This document shows positions 18,235 through 30,108 of a stretch of 50,135 bases of DNA, in pieces. Origin of the DNA: Candidatus Avispirillum sp. Its GTDB lineage: Bacteria; Bacillota; Clostridia; Oscillospirales; CAG-272. Under the pieces are notes generated by a model. It was not told where the DNA came from, searched no databases, and saw only the letters and a list, made by a program, of their open reading frames with translations. Within the stretch, counting starts at the first letter, position 1. The number at the start of each line of letters is the position of its first letter. The stretch is taken from NCBI GenBank assembly GCA_045545335.1, contig JAZQAS010000123.1, forward strand, positions 1-50,135, read 5' to 3'. The position numbers and the translations under genes were made by a program.

Positions 18235-18534
18235 ATGGCAGTTTATCCCTTACACGTAGAGGCACAGAGCCTCGTACCCCAGAATTCTTTTTACAGTGAG
18301 GAGCACGCATCCCGTATGTGTTCCTGGTATCTCACCGATCACCCAGTGAAAGACGAGCACGGCTGTATTCAGCAGACCTACCGCTTACACTCTTGTGAGC
18401 GCCGTAGCTTTGCGGATTTTATGCAGTACGATGTGGAATGTCCCAAGTGTCATCAGCGTCTCCGTCCCATCCAGAACGCCATCAACTCTCACGACCTGGC
18501 ACTTTACGCCTGCCCCAAGTGCTACAAGAAATAA
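18235..18534 (+). CDS. Small Zn-ribbon protein, likely paralog of the preceding gene
   Basis: AGGAGG RBS, ATG 18235; CPKC...CPKC with the same spacing as the neighbour. Confidence 0.75.
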   Translation: MAVYPLHVEAQSLVPQNSFYSEEHASRMCSWYLTDHPVKDEHGCIQQTYRLHSCERRSFADFMQYDVECPKCHQRLRPIQNAINSHDLALYACPKCYKK

Positions 18535-18546
18535 GGAGGACAACCT

Positions 18547-19485
18547 ATGAATACTTACAGCAAAATGCTCCCTCATCTCGAGAGTGGTAGCTACGACTAT
18601 GATTTTTGGAACGCTATGCGTGGCAAACAGCACAATGATGAGCGCCTTGCTCACGGCAAAGATACCTCGACCAGTGCTTTCCATATGTCCACGATGAGCA
18701 ACAACAAGTATATGACGGCATTGCAGAAAGAGAGCATCTTCCGTCAGATCGGCACTTGTATTACCACCTACAACAATGGACACCGCATCCTTGCAAAGGA
18801 CACTACCGACCTGGCCGAATGGGTACCGGAAGGTGAAACCATCCCTATGCAGGAAAGCATCAATGACTTCACCGAGAAATCTCTCGGCAGCCACAAGCTG
18901 ACCGTGTTCGTGAAAACCGATGAGGACTTCATCCACGATGTCACCTTCGACTTTGAAGCCTACCTCACCAACCGCTTGGCGAAGAACTTCGGACGAGCCG
19001 AGGAAAAGGCATTTATCACCGGAACGGGCAAAAATATGCCCACCGGTATCCTTGCTGATAAGGATGGTGCGGATATCGGGGTAACGGCAAAGACCATCAC
19101 CTACGATGATGTGGTCAAGCTGTACTTTTCGGTCAAGCCCGAATACCGCAAACACGGTGTTTGGATGATGAATGATGAGACCGCCCAGGTTCTTCGCACC
19201 TTGAAAGATGACGGCGGTAACTATATTTGGAATCACACCAACGATACCATTATGGGTAAGAGGGTCATCATCTCCGAGTTTATGCCTTCTGTTGGCAATG
19301 GCAACAAGCCTATCGCATTTGGCAACTTCTCCTACTATTGGGTGGTTAACCGCCGCCCCGTGAGTGTACGTTGCTTGAGAGAAATGTTCGTTCTCCAGGA
19401 CCAGGTAGGACACCTCGCTTTTGAGTTCTTGGACGGCAAGCTCGTCCGTACCGAGGCTATCAAGGTAATGCAGATAACCGCATAA
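18547..19485 (+). CDS. HK97-fold phage major capsid-like protein
   Basis: AEWVPEGE.IP, LGSHKL, AEEKAFITGTGKNMPTGIL, WMMN..T...LRTLKD..GNYIW, IAFGNFSYY, DGKLVRTEAIK. Confidence 0.88.
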   Translation: MNTYSKMLPHLESGSYDYDFWNAMRGKQHNDERLAHGKDTSTSAFHMSTMSNNKYMTALQKESIFRQIGTCITTYNNGHRILAKDTTDLAEWVPEGETIPMQESINDFTEKSLGSHKLTVFVKTDEDFIHDVTFDFEAYLTNRLAKNFGRAEEKAFITGTGKNMPTGILADKDGADIGVTAKTITYDDVVKLYFSVKPEYRKHGVWMMNDETAQVLRTLKDDGGNYIWNHTNDTIMGKRVIISEFMPSVGNGNKPIAFGNFSYYWVVNRRPVSVRCLREMFVLQDQVGHLAFEFLDGKLVRTEAIKVMQITA

Positions 19486-19518
19486 TTTTCGGGAGGCCCC
19501 TTGTGGGATAACTGCAAG

Positions 19519-19616
19519 GGGCTATTCCCCCTAAAACTTATGCGAATTTTTACACGCAACCCCACGCCCGTTGTACCATCAAAAAGCCACAGAGATTTAG
19601 ATCCCCCTACCGGGGG
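19519..19616 (-). repeat. cos-like site 2 (inverted)
   Basis: Reverse complement reads AAATCTCT-N17-CAACGGGCGTGGGGT-N7-AAAAATTCGCA. Confidence 0.6.
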
Positions 19617-19634
19617 CTTGGAAAGGAGACGGCT

Positions 19635-19805
19635 ATGGATGTGAACTCCATTACAGAAAACAAAGCAAACCGAGTCACAGAAATACAGATAGGAGAAACG
19701 CTTTTTACAGTAGTCTCCGTTGAAAGTGACCGCGCCAAAGAGCACCTTTACGATAAGGTGAAGCGTTTGATACTGGACAACGCTGACCGCTCGCAGGCAG
19801 CATAA
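19635..19805 (+). CDS. TnpW-like small protein (56 aa, not in ORF track)
   Basis: GAAAGGAG RBS; MDVNSITENKANRVTEIQIGETLFTVVSVESDRAKEHLYDKVKRLILDNADRSQAA*; typical position upstream of TnpX-like recombinase. Confidence 0.75.
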   Translation: MDVNSITENKANRVTEIQIGETLFTVVSVESDRAKEHLYDKVKRLILDNADRSQAA

Positions 19806-19848
19806 CAGTTCGCAAATTATTATCATTTATATGTACAAATAACCTTGA

Positions 19849-21570
<1,722 letters not shown>

Positions 21571-21615
21571 CCGGATTTCTCCAAACTATGCCGATATTTT
21601 TCCAAGGAATAAAAT

Positions 21616-21656
21616 CCCTTAGTGAGACACCCTTTCGGGTGTCCTTTTTGTTTTGA
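21616..21656 (+). repeat. attR, containing the right half of the split terminator
   Basis: CCCTTAGTGAGACAC-CCTTT-CGGGTGTCCTTTTTGTTTTGAT; 3' part identical to 8195-8218. Confidence 0.85.
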
Positions 21657-23390
21657 TTATTCAAACTGACTGTTATAAAGGCTTGCGTAGAAGCCGCCTT
21701 CAGAGAGCAGGCTTTCGTGGGTGCCCGATTCAACTATGCTTCCGTCCTTCATCACGAGAATGAGGTCCGCATCCTTAATAGTCGTAAGGCGGTGCGCAAC
21801 GATAAAGGAGGTGCGCCCCTTCATCATTTTCGCAAATGCGTCCTGTATCTTCATTTCCGTTCTTGTGTCAATGGAGCTGGTCGCCTCGTCGAGAATAAGC
21901 ATTGGAGGCAGGGTCAGCATAATGCGGGCAATGCACAAAAGCTGCCGCTGTCCGCCGGAAAGGCCGTAGCTTTGGGATATAACGGTGTCGTAGCCCTCGG
22001 GCAACCTTTTTATAAAGCTGTGAGCGTGAGATGCCTTTGCCGCGGCAATGACCTCCTCGCGGCTCGCATCGGGGCGGCCGATGGCAATATTATCGTGAAC
22101 GGTGCCGTATCGCAGAGTGGTATCCTGAAGCACCATGCCGTAATTCTTGCGAAGGCTCTTTCGCTTGAGAAGAGGAACGGGGGTAGAGTCAACGGTAACG
22201 GCGCCGTCCTGCACGTCGTAAAAGCGCATCAGAAGGTTTATGAGGGTAGTCTTTCCGCATCCCGTAGGGCCGACGATGGCAACTCTCATTCCGGGCTCGG
22301 CCTTAAAGGAGAGCCCCTCCATAAGAGGCTTATCTTTTGTGTAGGAGAAGCTGACGCCCTCAAAGGCAACCTCGCCCCGCACGTCCGTAAGCTCTGCTGC
22401 TCCGTCGCAGGGCTCTTCAGTTTCCTCAATAAGCTCAAAAACGCGTTCCGCGCAGGCAATTGAGCCCTGCAGCTCCGCAATAACACCGGAGATCTCGTTA
22501 AAGGGCTTTGCATACTGGGTCGCGTAGGAGAGCAGGCAGGAAAGACCGCCGATGGTGAGAGCCGCGCCTGCGGAGTAAATGACCGTAAGTGCCCCCGCAA
22601 GGGCAACGACGGCGTAGATCACGTTGTAGATTATCCTCGTCGTGGGATTAACGAGGGATGAGAAGAAGGTAGCCTTGAGGCTTGCCTTTTTGAGGCGGCC
22701 GTTTATCTCGCAGAACTTATCCGTGTTTCGCTTTTCCATTCCGAAAATGCGAACAAGCTTCTGGTTTTGGGTCATCTCCTGAATAAAGGAGGTCTCCTCG
22801 CCTCTGATGGTCGCCTGCGCCTTGAACATGCTGTGGGTTCGGCTTGCGATAAACCTTGCAAGGAGGAGGGAAAGGGGAGTTAAGAGAATAACGATAAGAG
22901 CTATCCTCCAGTCAATTGCGATCATAAAGCCGACTGTGCCGAGAACTGTGATAACTCCCGTGAAAAGCTGAGTAAAGCTCATGAGAAGCCCGTCGGAGAA
23001 CTGGTCAACGTCGGTGATGATACGGCTCACCGTGTCTCCCTCGGGGTGGGTGTCAAGGTAAGATAAGGGCAAGCGCTGAAGCTTTTCAATTGCGTTGTTT
23101 CGCATATCGCGGGCAACGCCGAAGGTAATGCGGTTGTTGATGACGCTCATTATCCAGTTGGTAAGAGCGGTAAGTAAAATAACGGCCCCCGCCTTTATAA
23201 AGAGGGCGGTAATGCCTTGAAAATCAACGGTACCCGCTCCCGTCATAAGGTCGATGGCGTCGCCGAAAACAGTCGGCAGATAAAGGGTGAGACCAACGGA
23301 GACCCCCGCCGAGAGAACGGAAAGAAGAACTAAAAATCTGCGCTTTCCGAGATAGCGGAGTATCCTTTTTAAGGTAGAATTCTTTTTCAT
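21657..23390 (-). CDS. ABC exporter permease/ATPase (heterodimer subunit)
   Basis: TM domain plus GPTGCGKTT, LSGGQRQ, ILDEATS; ATG 23390 after GAAAGGGGG RBS. Confidence 0.92.
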   Translation of the reverse strand: MKKNSTLKRILRYLGKRRFLVLLSVLSAGVSVGLTLYLPTVFGDAIDLMTGAGTVDFQGITALFIKAGAVILLTALTNWIMSVINNRITFGVARDMRNNAIEKLQRLPLSYLDTHPEGDTVSRIITDVDQFSDGLLMSFTQLFTGVITVLGTVGFMIAIDWRIALIVILLTPLSLLLARFIASRTHSMFKAQATIRGEETSFIQEMTQNQKLVRIFGMEKRNTDKFCEINGRLKKASLKATFFSSLVNPTTRIIYNVIYAVVALAGALTVIYSAGAALTIGGLSCLLSYATQYAKPFNEISGVIAELQGSIACAERVFELIEETEEPCDGAAELTDVRGEVAFEGVSFSYTKDKPLMEGLSFKAEPGMRVAIVGPTGCGKTTLINLLMRFYDVQDGAVTVDSTPVPLLKRKSLRKNYGMVLQDTTLRYGTVHDNIAIGRPDASREEVIAAAKASHAHSFIKRLPEGYDTVISQSYGLSGGQRQLLCIARIMLTLPPMLILDEATSSIDTRTEMKIQDAFAKMMKGRTSFIVAHRLTTIKDADLILVMKDGSIVESGTHESLLSEGGFYASLYNSQFE

Positions 23391-23391
23391 A

Positions 23392-25101
23392 TCAGTTGCC
23401 CCCCTTTCTGAACTGCGACTCGTATATCTCGCGGTAAACGGGGCAGGAGGAGAGAAGCTCTTCGTGCTTTCCGACGCCTGCCAGACGGCCGTCGTCAAGA
23501 ACGAGAATAAGGTCGCATCCCATAATGGAGGAGGTCCGCTGAGAAACGGTAAATACCGTGGGAGAGTAGGAAAGCTCGCTTATCGCCCTCCTCATTGCTT
23601 TGTCCGTTGCAGGGTCAAGAGCGGATGAGGAGTCGTCAAGAATAAGGATAGGCGAGTGTCTTGCAATAGCTCGGGCAACGCAAAGGCGCTGTCGCTGTCC
23701 TCCCGAGAAATTGCGTCCGCCGCCTTCGACTGTGGAGTCAAGTCCGCCCTTCTCGCAAATAAAGTCCTCAGCCTGAGCAACCCGAAGAGCCTCCCAAAGG
23801 GTCTCGTCGTCGGCCTCGTTTCCAAAGTTCAGATTGTCCCGCACGCTTCCCGCAAAAAGCACCGCCTTTTGGGGAACGCAGGCAATCAGCCGGAGAAGCT
23901 CGCTTTCGCTGTATGAGAGGGCATCGCGGCCTAAAATGCCCACAGAGCCCTCCGTGGGAGAGTAAAGACCGCAGATAAGGTCAACGAGAGAGGATTTTCC
24001 GCTTCCCGTAGGGCCGATGATACCAACGCTCATGCCGCGGTCTGCGGTAAAGGAAATATCAGAGAGAGCGCTGTCTGCCCCCTCGGTGTAGCTGAGAGTA
24101 ACGTTCTTAAAGGATACGGCGCCGTCAAAGCTCAGCTCCGTGGCCTCGGGCCTTTTCTCCTCCTCAAAGAAGAGCACCGTCTCCACCCTCTGCGCGCTTG
24201 CAACTGCCTTAGTCACGCTGACGATAAGGTTCGCAAGCTTTATAAGCTCAACGAGTATCTGAGACATATAGTTGAATAGGGCAACCACAGCGCCAACGGC
24301 GATAGCCCCCGTATCAACGCGAACGGCACCCGTAAAAAGAAGAGCAACGGTCGCCGCGTTTATAATAACGTAGGTAATGGGATTTGTAAGAGCCGAGAGC
24401 ATACCGACGGTCTTCTGAAGAGAAACGAGAGCGCGGTTCTCCTCTTCAAAGGCATCGACCTCAGCCTCCTCGCGGGCAAAGGCTCGGATAACACGGGCGC
24501 CCCCTGCGTTCTCCCTCGTCAGCCTGAGCACCTTCTCCATCTTTTTCTGCACCTTTTTTTGCAGAGGAATGGAAAGGAGCATAATGCCGAAAACAACGAT
24601 AGCAAGAAGCGGAATAACAACGCAAAACCAAAATGCCCCCGCGCTGTCAACGGTAAATGCCATAATAGCCGCGCCGAAAACTATAAATGGCGAGCGCAAA
24701 AAGAGGCGCAGAACAAGGTTCGTGCCGTTTTGCATGGTGTTAACGTCTCCCGTCAGCCGTGTGATGAGAGCATCGGTGCCGAAGCGGTCGCAGGAGGGGG
24801 CTGAAAGACCCTGTATCTTTTCAAAAAGCGCGTTTCGCACGTCGGTGGAAAAGCTGACGGCGGCACGGGCGCAGAAATACTGCGCGGTAACGGAAAAGCA
24901 AAGACCGAGAACGCCGAGAAGCACCATAACGGCGGCGTCAATAAAAACCCTGCCCGTGTCGCCCCCGCCGATGGCGCGGTCAATGATGTCAGCAACAACG
25001 AGAGGGATAAAAAGCTCAAAGGATGCCTCGATCAGCTTGAAAAGCGGGCCGAGGATAACGTCCTTTTTATATTTTTTCAGATAGATAAGTGATTTTTTCA
25101 T
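23392..25101 (-). CDS. ABC exporter permease/ATPase (degenerate-site subunit)
   Basis: GPTGSGKSS, NFSGGQRQR, ILDDSSS. Confidence 0.92.
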   Translation of the reverse strand: MKKSLIYLKKYKKDVILGPLFKLIEASFELFIPLVVADIIDRAIGGGDTGRVFIDAAVMVLLGVLGLCFSVTAQYFCARAAVSFSTDVRNALFEKIQGLSAPSCDRFGTDALITRLTGDVNTMQNGTNLVLRLFLRSPFIVFGAAIMAFTVDSAGAFWFCVVIPLLAIVVFGIMLLSIPLQKKVQKKMEKVLRLTRENAGGARVIRAFAREEAEVDAFEEENRALVSLQKTVGMLSALTNPITYVIINAATVALLFTGAVRVDTGAIAVGAVVALFNYMSQILVELIKLANLIVSVTKAVASAQRVETVLFFEEEKRPEATELSFDGAVSFKNVTLSYTEGADSALSDISFTADRGMSVGIIGPTGSGKSSLVDLICGLYSPTEGSVGILGRDALSYSESELLRLIACVPQKAVLFAGSVRDNLNFGNEADDETLWEALRVAQAEDFICEKGGLDSTVEGGGRNFSGGQRQRLCVARAIARHSPILILDDSSSALDPATDKAMRRAISELSYSPTVFTVSQRTSSIMGCDLILVLDDGRLAGVGKHEELLSSCPVYREIYESQFRKGGN

Positions 25102-25209
25102 GTTTCACCTGTAAAGCATTTATCAACTAATTATATACCAAAAACCTTCCCCCGTCAATATTAAGGAAATAATGTAGATTTCTTAATAAAGGTAATGTAT
25201 AATGTCGGT

Positions 25210-25785
25210 ATGAAAAAGGATTATGAGCTCATAAGAGCAAAAAGAAAGACCGTAGGCATCACCGTAGACCGAGAGGGAAGGGTCGTGGTGAGAGCCCCCC
25301 GAGGCGTTTCGCTTTCGGATATCGAAAAAATAGTGGAAAAGCATCGCCCCTGGATCGAGAAAAAGAAAAGTGAGAGAAAAAACGCGCCCGATGCAAGAGT
25401 TGAGCTGACAGAGGAGCAAAAGGCGAGCCTTCGTTCTCTTTGCAGAAAAACGGTGACGGAAAAATGCAGATATTATTCCGATCTTATGGGAGTTGCGCCT
25501 GAGAAGATCAGAGTGGGCAGCGCCCTTTCCCGCTTTGGCTGCTGCTCCTCAAAGGGGAATATCACCTTTTCTCTGTATCTGATGCTTTATCCCGAGGAGG
25601 CCGTAGAGCTTGTGGTGGTCCACGAGCTTTGCCATCTTAAGTATATGGACCATTCAAAGGATTTCTACGCCCTTCTTTCAAAATACCTTCCCGATCATAA
25701 GGAGCGAAAAAAGCTTCTCAGCCCCGCATATAGGATGAGCTTTGAAAAAGCGATAAGCGTATATTCCGAAACTTTCGGGAATTGA
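25210..25785 (+). CDS. YgjP/DUF45-like M48 metallopeptidase
   Basis: RKT..I, SRFGCCS, VVVHELCHL..MDHS; start uncertain (25195 or 25210); TATAAT at 25198-25203 suggests a possibly leaderless transcript. Confidence 0.85.
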   Translation: MKKDYELIRAKRKTVGITVDREGRVVVRAPRGVSLSDIEKIVEKHRPWIEKKKSERKNAPDARVELTEEQKASLRSLCRKTVTEKCRYYSDLMGVAPEKIRVGSALSRFGCCSSKGNITFSLYLMLYPEEAVELVVVHELCHLKYMDHSKDFYALLSKYLPDHKERKKLLSPAYRMSFEKAISVYSETFGN

Positions 25786-25893
25786 AAATATCAGAAAATA
25801 TAACAAAGAGCAATTTTTTTGCGAAAAAAGTAAAAAAGTATTAATTTGCGTATATTAATATAAAACGGGTAGACCGCCGAAAGGAGAGGTATC

Positions 25894-26907
25894 GTGACAG
25901 TAGCAGAGCTTTTTTGCGAAAGAGAAAAAACAACTCTTTCCCCCTATGCGTTTCTTACAGCCGAAACTAAGGGGCGCGACTATGCATATACCCCCTGCCA
26001 GAACAGGACCGAGTTTCAGAGGGATAGAGATAAGATCATCCATTCCAAGGCCTTTCGCCGCCTTATGCACAAAACTCAGGTCTTTCTGTTCCCCGTAGAC
26101 GAGCATTACAGAACGAGGCTCACCCATACCCTTGAGGTGTCACAGATCGCCCGCATCATCTGCCGCGCCCTTATGCTGAACGAGGACCTTTGCGAGGCGG
26201 CGGCCCTTGGCCACGACCTTGGCCATACCCCCTTTGGCCACGCAGGCGAGACCGTGATGCAGGAGTGCTTCGACTCCTCCTTCACTCATTATAAGCAGTC
26301 TGTCCGCGTAGTTGAGCGCCTTGAGAATAACGGCGCCGGCCTTAACCTCACCTGGGAGGTGCGTGACGGTATTCTGAACCACGCAGGCAGCAATATGGCC
26401 TCCACCCTTGAGGGCAGGATAATCAAGTATGCCGATAGGATAGCGTACATAAACCACGATATAGACGACGCCTGCAGAGCAGGAATACTTTCAATAGATG
26501 ATATTCCAAAGGATATCATCTCCGTTGTAGGTAAGGGTCATAGCGAAAGAATAAATACTATGGTCACGTCGGTGATAGAGGGCAGCCGCGATAAGCCCGA
26601 TATCATAATGACCGAAGAGGTCGGTGAGGCGATGAACGAGCTTCGCGATTTCCTCTTTGAGGCAGTATATAAAAACCCCATCGCCAAGGGCGAGGAGATA
26701 AAGGCAAAGAGCATGCTTCGCGAGCTTTACGAGTATTACGTGTTCCACCCGGAGGAGATGCCCGAGCTCTATTATTATAATACCGAGCACGAGCCCGTGG
26801 GCAGATGCGTTTGCGATTTTATCTCAAGTATGACGGACAGATACGCCATAGATACCTTCAAAAAGCTGTTCATACCCTCCGTATGGCAGAAGAAAACAGA
26901 CTATTGA
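25894..26907 (+). CDS. dgt: Deoxyguanosinetriphosphate triphosphohydrolase-like HD protein
   Basis: RTEFQRDRDKI, RRLMHKTQV, RTRLTHTLEV, GHDLGHTPFGHAGE. Confidence 0.92.
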   Translation: MTVAELFCEREKTTLSPYAFLTAETKGRDYAYTPCQNRTEFQRDRDKIIHSKAFRRLMHKTQVFLFPVDEHYRTRLTHTLEVSQIARIICRALMLNEDLCEAAALGHDLGHTPFGHAGETVMQECFDSSFTHYKQSVRVVERLENNGAGLNLTWEVRDGILNHAGSNMASTLEGRIIKYADRIAYINHDIDDACRAGILSIDDIPKDIISVVGKGHSERINTMVTSVIEGSRDKPDIIMTEEVGEAMNELRDFLFEAVYKNPIAKGEEIKAKSMLRELYEYYVFHPEEMPELYYYNTEHEPVGRCVCDFISSMTDRYAIDTFKKLFIPSVWQKKTDY

Positions 26908-26927
26908 TGTAGGGAAAGGAGAAGGAA

Positions 26928-28679
26928 ATGATACCCGCAAGCGTGATAGAAGACTTAAAGTTTCGTAACAGTATCGAGGATGTCATTTCCTCCTACGTAA
27001 CTCTTTCCCGTTCGGGAGCAAACCTTAAGGGCCTTTGCCCCTTCCATAGCGAAAAATCCCCGTCGTTCACCGTCTATACGGGAGACGGACATTACTATTG
27101 CTTCGGCTGCGGAGCAGGAGGCGACGTTATCACCTTCGTAATGAGGATGGAAAACCTTGATTACAGAGCAGCCCTGGATCACCTTGCCGCCAGAGCGGGA
27201 ATAACCCTCCCCGAGGAGGATAACAGGGAAAAGGGCGGAGTTTCAAGAACGAGAGTTCTTGAGATGAATAAGCTTGCCGCAAGGTTTTTCCATAAGATGC
27301 TCTATACGGAGGAGGGCGAGGCAGGCCGCGAGTATTTTATCAAAAGACAGCTCTCAGGCTCCACCGTCAAGCATTTCGGCCTCGGATACGCGCCGAACAG
27401 CTACGACAGCTTAAAAAAATATCTCCTTTCAAAGGGCTATACCGAGGAGGAGATGGTGGCGGCCTATCTTTGTCAGCGCAGCCGCAAAAACGAAAAGCAT
27501 ACCTACGATTGCTTCAGGAACCGCGTAATGTTCCCCATTATCGACGTTGCAGGCAACGTGGTGGCCTTCGGCGGACGAGTGCTGGACGATTCTCAGCCCA
27601 AATATCTTAATACCTCCGATACCCCCGCCTTTAAAAAATCAAGAAACCTCTTTGCCCTCAATTATGCAAAGAACTCAAGCGAGCAGAGCCTTATCCTCTG
27701 CGAGGGATATATGGACGTCATAGCCCTCCACGCCGCAGGCTTTACCAATGCGGTGGCAACTCTCGGAACGGCAATAACCTCCGAGCAGGCAAGGATAATG
27801 AAGAAATATACGGATAAGGTGGTCATCTGCTACGATAGCGATGAGGCGGGTCAGAAGGCGGCCGATAAGGCTATGCGCCTGCTCTCCGAGGTGGATATAG
27901 CAGTCCGCGTACTTCGTATTCCCGGAGCCAAGGACCCCGACGAGTATATAAAGAATTTCGGCTCCGTCAAGTTCCGTGAGGTGCTTGATAATTCAAAAAC
28001 TCCCTTTGATTATAAGATATTCCAGGCTCTGAATAAATACGATGTTCAGAATTCCGAGGAGAAGGTAAGAGCCGCAAAGGACCTTTGCCGCTCGATCGCA
28101 AGCCTTTCCTCAAAGGTGGAAAGGGATATATATATCAAAAAGGTGGCAGATGCCCTTGAGCTCTCCGTTGAGAGCGTAAAGGGAGAGGTGCAGTCGACCA
28201 TCCGTCGGGCAAACAGCAACAGAAAAAAGGACGAAAGAGCAGAGCTTCTCAGAAATACTGCAAGGCTCGGAGATTGGGTGGACCCCGATTTTGCCAAGGA
28301 AAAGCGCTCGGGCAGCCTTGAGGCCGCAGTCCTCGGTATGATGCTGTACCGCCCCGAGCTTATAAAGCTTTGCGAGCAAAAGGAGCTTCTCAGCCCCGAT
28401 TGCTTCTATTCCGAGCTGAACCGCAGGCTTTATAATACTATCGTCTCTCTTGAAGAGGCAGGCGGCTTTGAATTCGGCCTCCTTGCCGAGAGCTTTAAGA
28501 TAGAAGAGATAGCAGCCTTTGAAAATATGATAAAAAAGCGCCGCGATCTTTCCAATAACAGCGAGCAGGCCTTTCTTGAAACGGTGGCAGAGCTGAAAAG
28601 GGAAGCGGCAAGAATAAAGGGCAAGACCGAGGGCGAGGATCTTTCAGAGCTCCTTGCAAGACGTCGCCTTGAAAAATAA
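26928..28679 (+). CDS. dnaG: DNA primase
   Basis: CPFHSEKSPSF..CFGC zinc finger, KYLNT, EGYMDV, CYDSDEAG, KDPDE. Confidence 0.97.
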   Translation: MIPASVIEDLKFRNSIEDVISSYVTLSRSGANLKGLCPFHSEKSPSFTVYTGDGHYYCFGCGAGGDVITFVMRMENLDYRAALDHLAARAGITLPEEDNREKGGVSRTRVLEMNKLAARFFHKMLYTEEGEAGREYFIKRQLSGSTVKHFGLGYAPNSYDSLKKYLLSKGYTEEEMVAAYLCQRSRKNEKHTYDCFRNRVMFPIIDVAGNVVAFGGRVLDDSQPKYLNTSDTPAFKKSRNLFALNYAKNSSEQSLILCEGYMDVIALHAAGFTNAVATLGTAITSEQARIMKKYTDKVVICYDSDEAGQKAADKAMRLLSEVDIAVRVLRIPGAKDPDEYIKNFGSVKFREVLDNSKTPFDYKIFQALNKYDVQNSEEKVRAAKDLCRSIASLSSKVERDIYIKKVADALELSVESVKGEVQSTIRRANSNRKKDERAELLRNTARLGDWVDPDFAKEKRSGSLEAAVLGMMLYRPELIKLCEQKELLSPDCFYSELNRRLYNTIVSLEEAGGFEFGLLAESFKIEEIAAFENMIKKRRDLSNNSEQAFLETVAELKREAARIKGKTEGEDLSELLARRRLEK

Positions 28680-28721
28680 ATAAGTAAATTAATGGCCGCA
28701 TAGCGGTATGAAAGGATAATC

Positions 28722-29822
28722 ATGGAACAGGAAAAGAAACAGTTTGATATCAAGGTCCTTATCGAAAAGGGTAAGGCAAAGGGCTCCCTCTCCAATGCGG
28801 ATATTATGGAGGCTATCGAGTTTGCGGATTACGATATCGACCAGATAGAAAAGGTCTACGATCAGCTTGAGGCAAACGGCATTGAGGTCATCAGCTATGA
28901 AAACCCCGCAGAGCTTGAGGATATCGAGAGCGAGGTAGAGCAGCTTGAGAGCGCCGAGGATATGGAAAAGATGCTCCAGCAGGAGGGTCTTGCCATTGAC
29001 GACCCTGTAAGAATGTATCTTAAGGAGATCGGTAAGGTAGCTCTTCTCGATGCAGATAAGGAGCTTGAGATAGCAGAGAGAATGGCAAACGGCGATGAGT
29101 CTGCAAAGCAGATGCTCATTGAGGCAAACCTCCGTCTCGTTGTAAGTATTGCGAAGAGATACGTAGGTAAGGGTATGTTCTTCCTTGATCTTATTCAGGA
29201 GGGTAACCTTGGCCTTATGAAGGCGGTTGAAAAGTTTGACTATACTAAGGGCTATAAGTTCTCCACCTATGCAACGTGGTGGATCCGTCAGGCTATCACC
29301 CGTGCCATCGCAGATCAGGCGAGAACCATCCGTATCCCCGTACATATGGTCGAGACCATTCATAAGGTATCCCGCTATCAGCGTCAGCTCCTTCAGGAGC
29401 TTGGCCACGAGGCCTCTGCAGATGAGGTTGCAGAGAAGATCGGTATGTCTCCCGAGAAGGTCCGCGAGATCATGAAGATAGCGCAGGACCCCGTATCCCT
29501 TGAAACACCTATCGGCGAGGAGGAGGACTCCCACCTCGGCGATTTCATTCCCGATGACGATAGCCCCGCTCCTCAGGATGCCGCATCCTATGCAATGCTC
29601 CGCGAGCAGATCAGAGAGGTGCTCCATACCCTCACTCCCCGTGAGGAGCAGGTGCTCAAGCTTCGCTACGGCCTTGAGGACGGCAGAACTCATACCCTTG
29701 AAGAGGTAGGTAAGAAGTTCAATATCACCCGTGAGCGTATCCGTCAGATAGAGGCGAAGGCGCTGAGAAAGCTCCGCCATCCCAGCCGCTCCAAGAGACT
29801 CAAGGACTTCCTTGATTTCTGA
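28722..29822 (+). CDS. rpoD: RNA polymerase primary sigma factor
   Basis: [73 protein letters not shown]. Confidence 0.98.
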   Translation: MEQEKKQFDIKVLIEKGKAKGSLSNADIMEAIEFADYDIDQIEKVYDQLEANGIEVISYENPAELEDIESEVEQLESAEDMEKMLQQEGLAIDDPVRMYLKEIGKVALLDADKELEIAERMANGDESAKQMLIEANLRLVVSIAKRYVGKGMFFLDLIQEGNLGLMKAVEKFDYTKGYKFSTYATWWIRQAITRAIADQARTIRIPVHMVETIHKVSRYQRQLLQELGHEASADEVAEKIGMSPEKVREIMKIAQDPVSLETPIGEEEDSHLGDFIPDDDSPAPQDAASYAMLREQIREVLHTLTPREEQVLKLRYGLEDGRTHTLEEVGKKFNITRERIRQIEAKALRKLRHPSRSKRLKDFLDF

Positions 29823-30108
29823 TACGAAACAGCGTAAGAGGTAATAAATTTGTTAATTTTTTGTGGTCGTTCAAACAAAGAAGTACTGTAAATTTTGTTA
29901 GCTTTGACCGAAAAATTGACAAATGCAACAAACGGCCAAATGCGCCTTGCACGTATGTCACAATTTAATTTGAAAAGTGTTCAAAAAATCACATTTTTGA
30001 CATGTCAAAACGCCCAAGAGCGAAGAAATTGACCTTGACATAAAGTAAGGTTTGATGTAAAATAATAATGTTAAAGATGCGTAAATACGCTTTGAGGAGG
30101 ATCCCCAA

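Noticed and set aside
25894-26907. dGTPase as an anti-phage defence gene
   Set aside because: Short housekeeping type in the usual clostridial dgt-dnaG-rpoD operon with host-like codon usage
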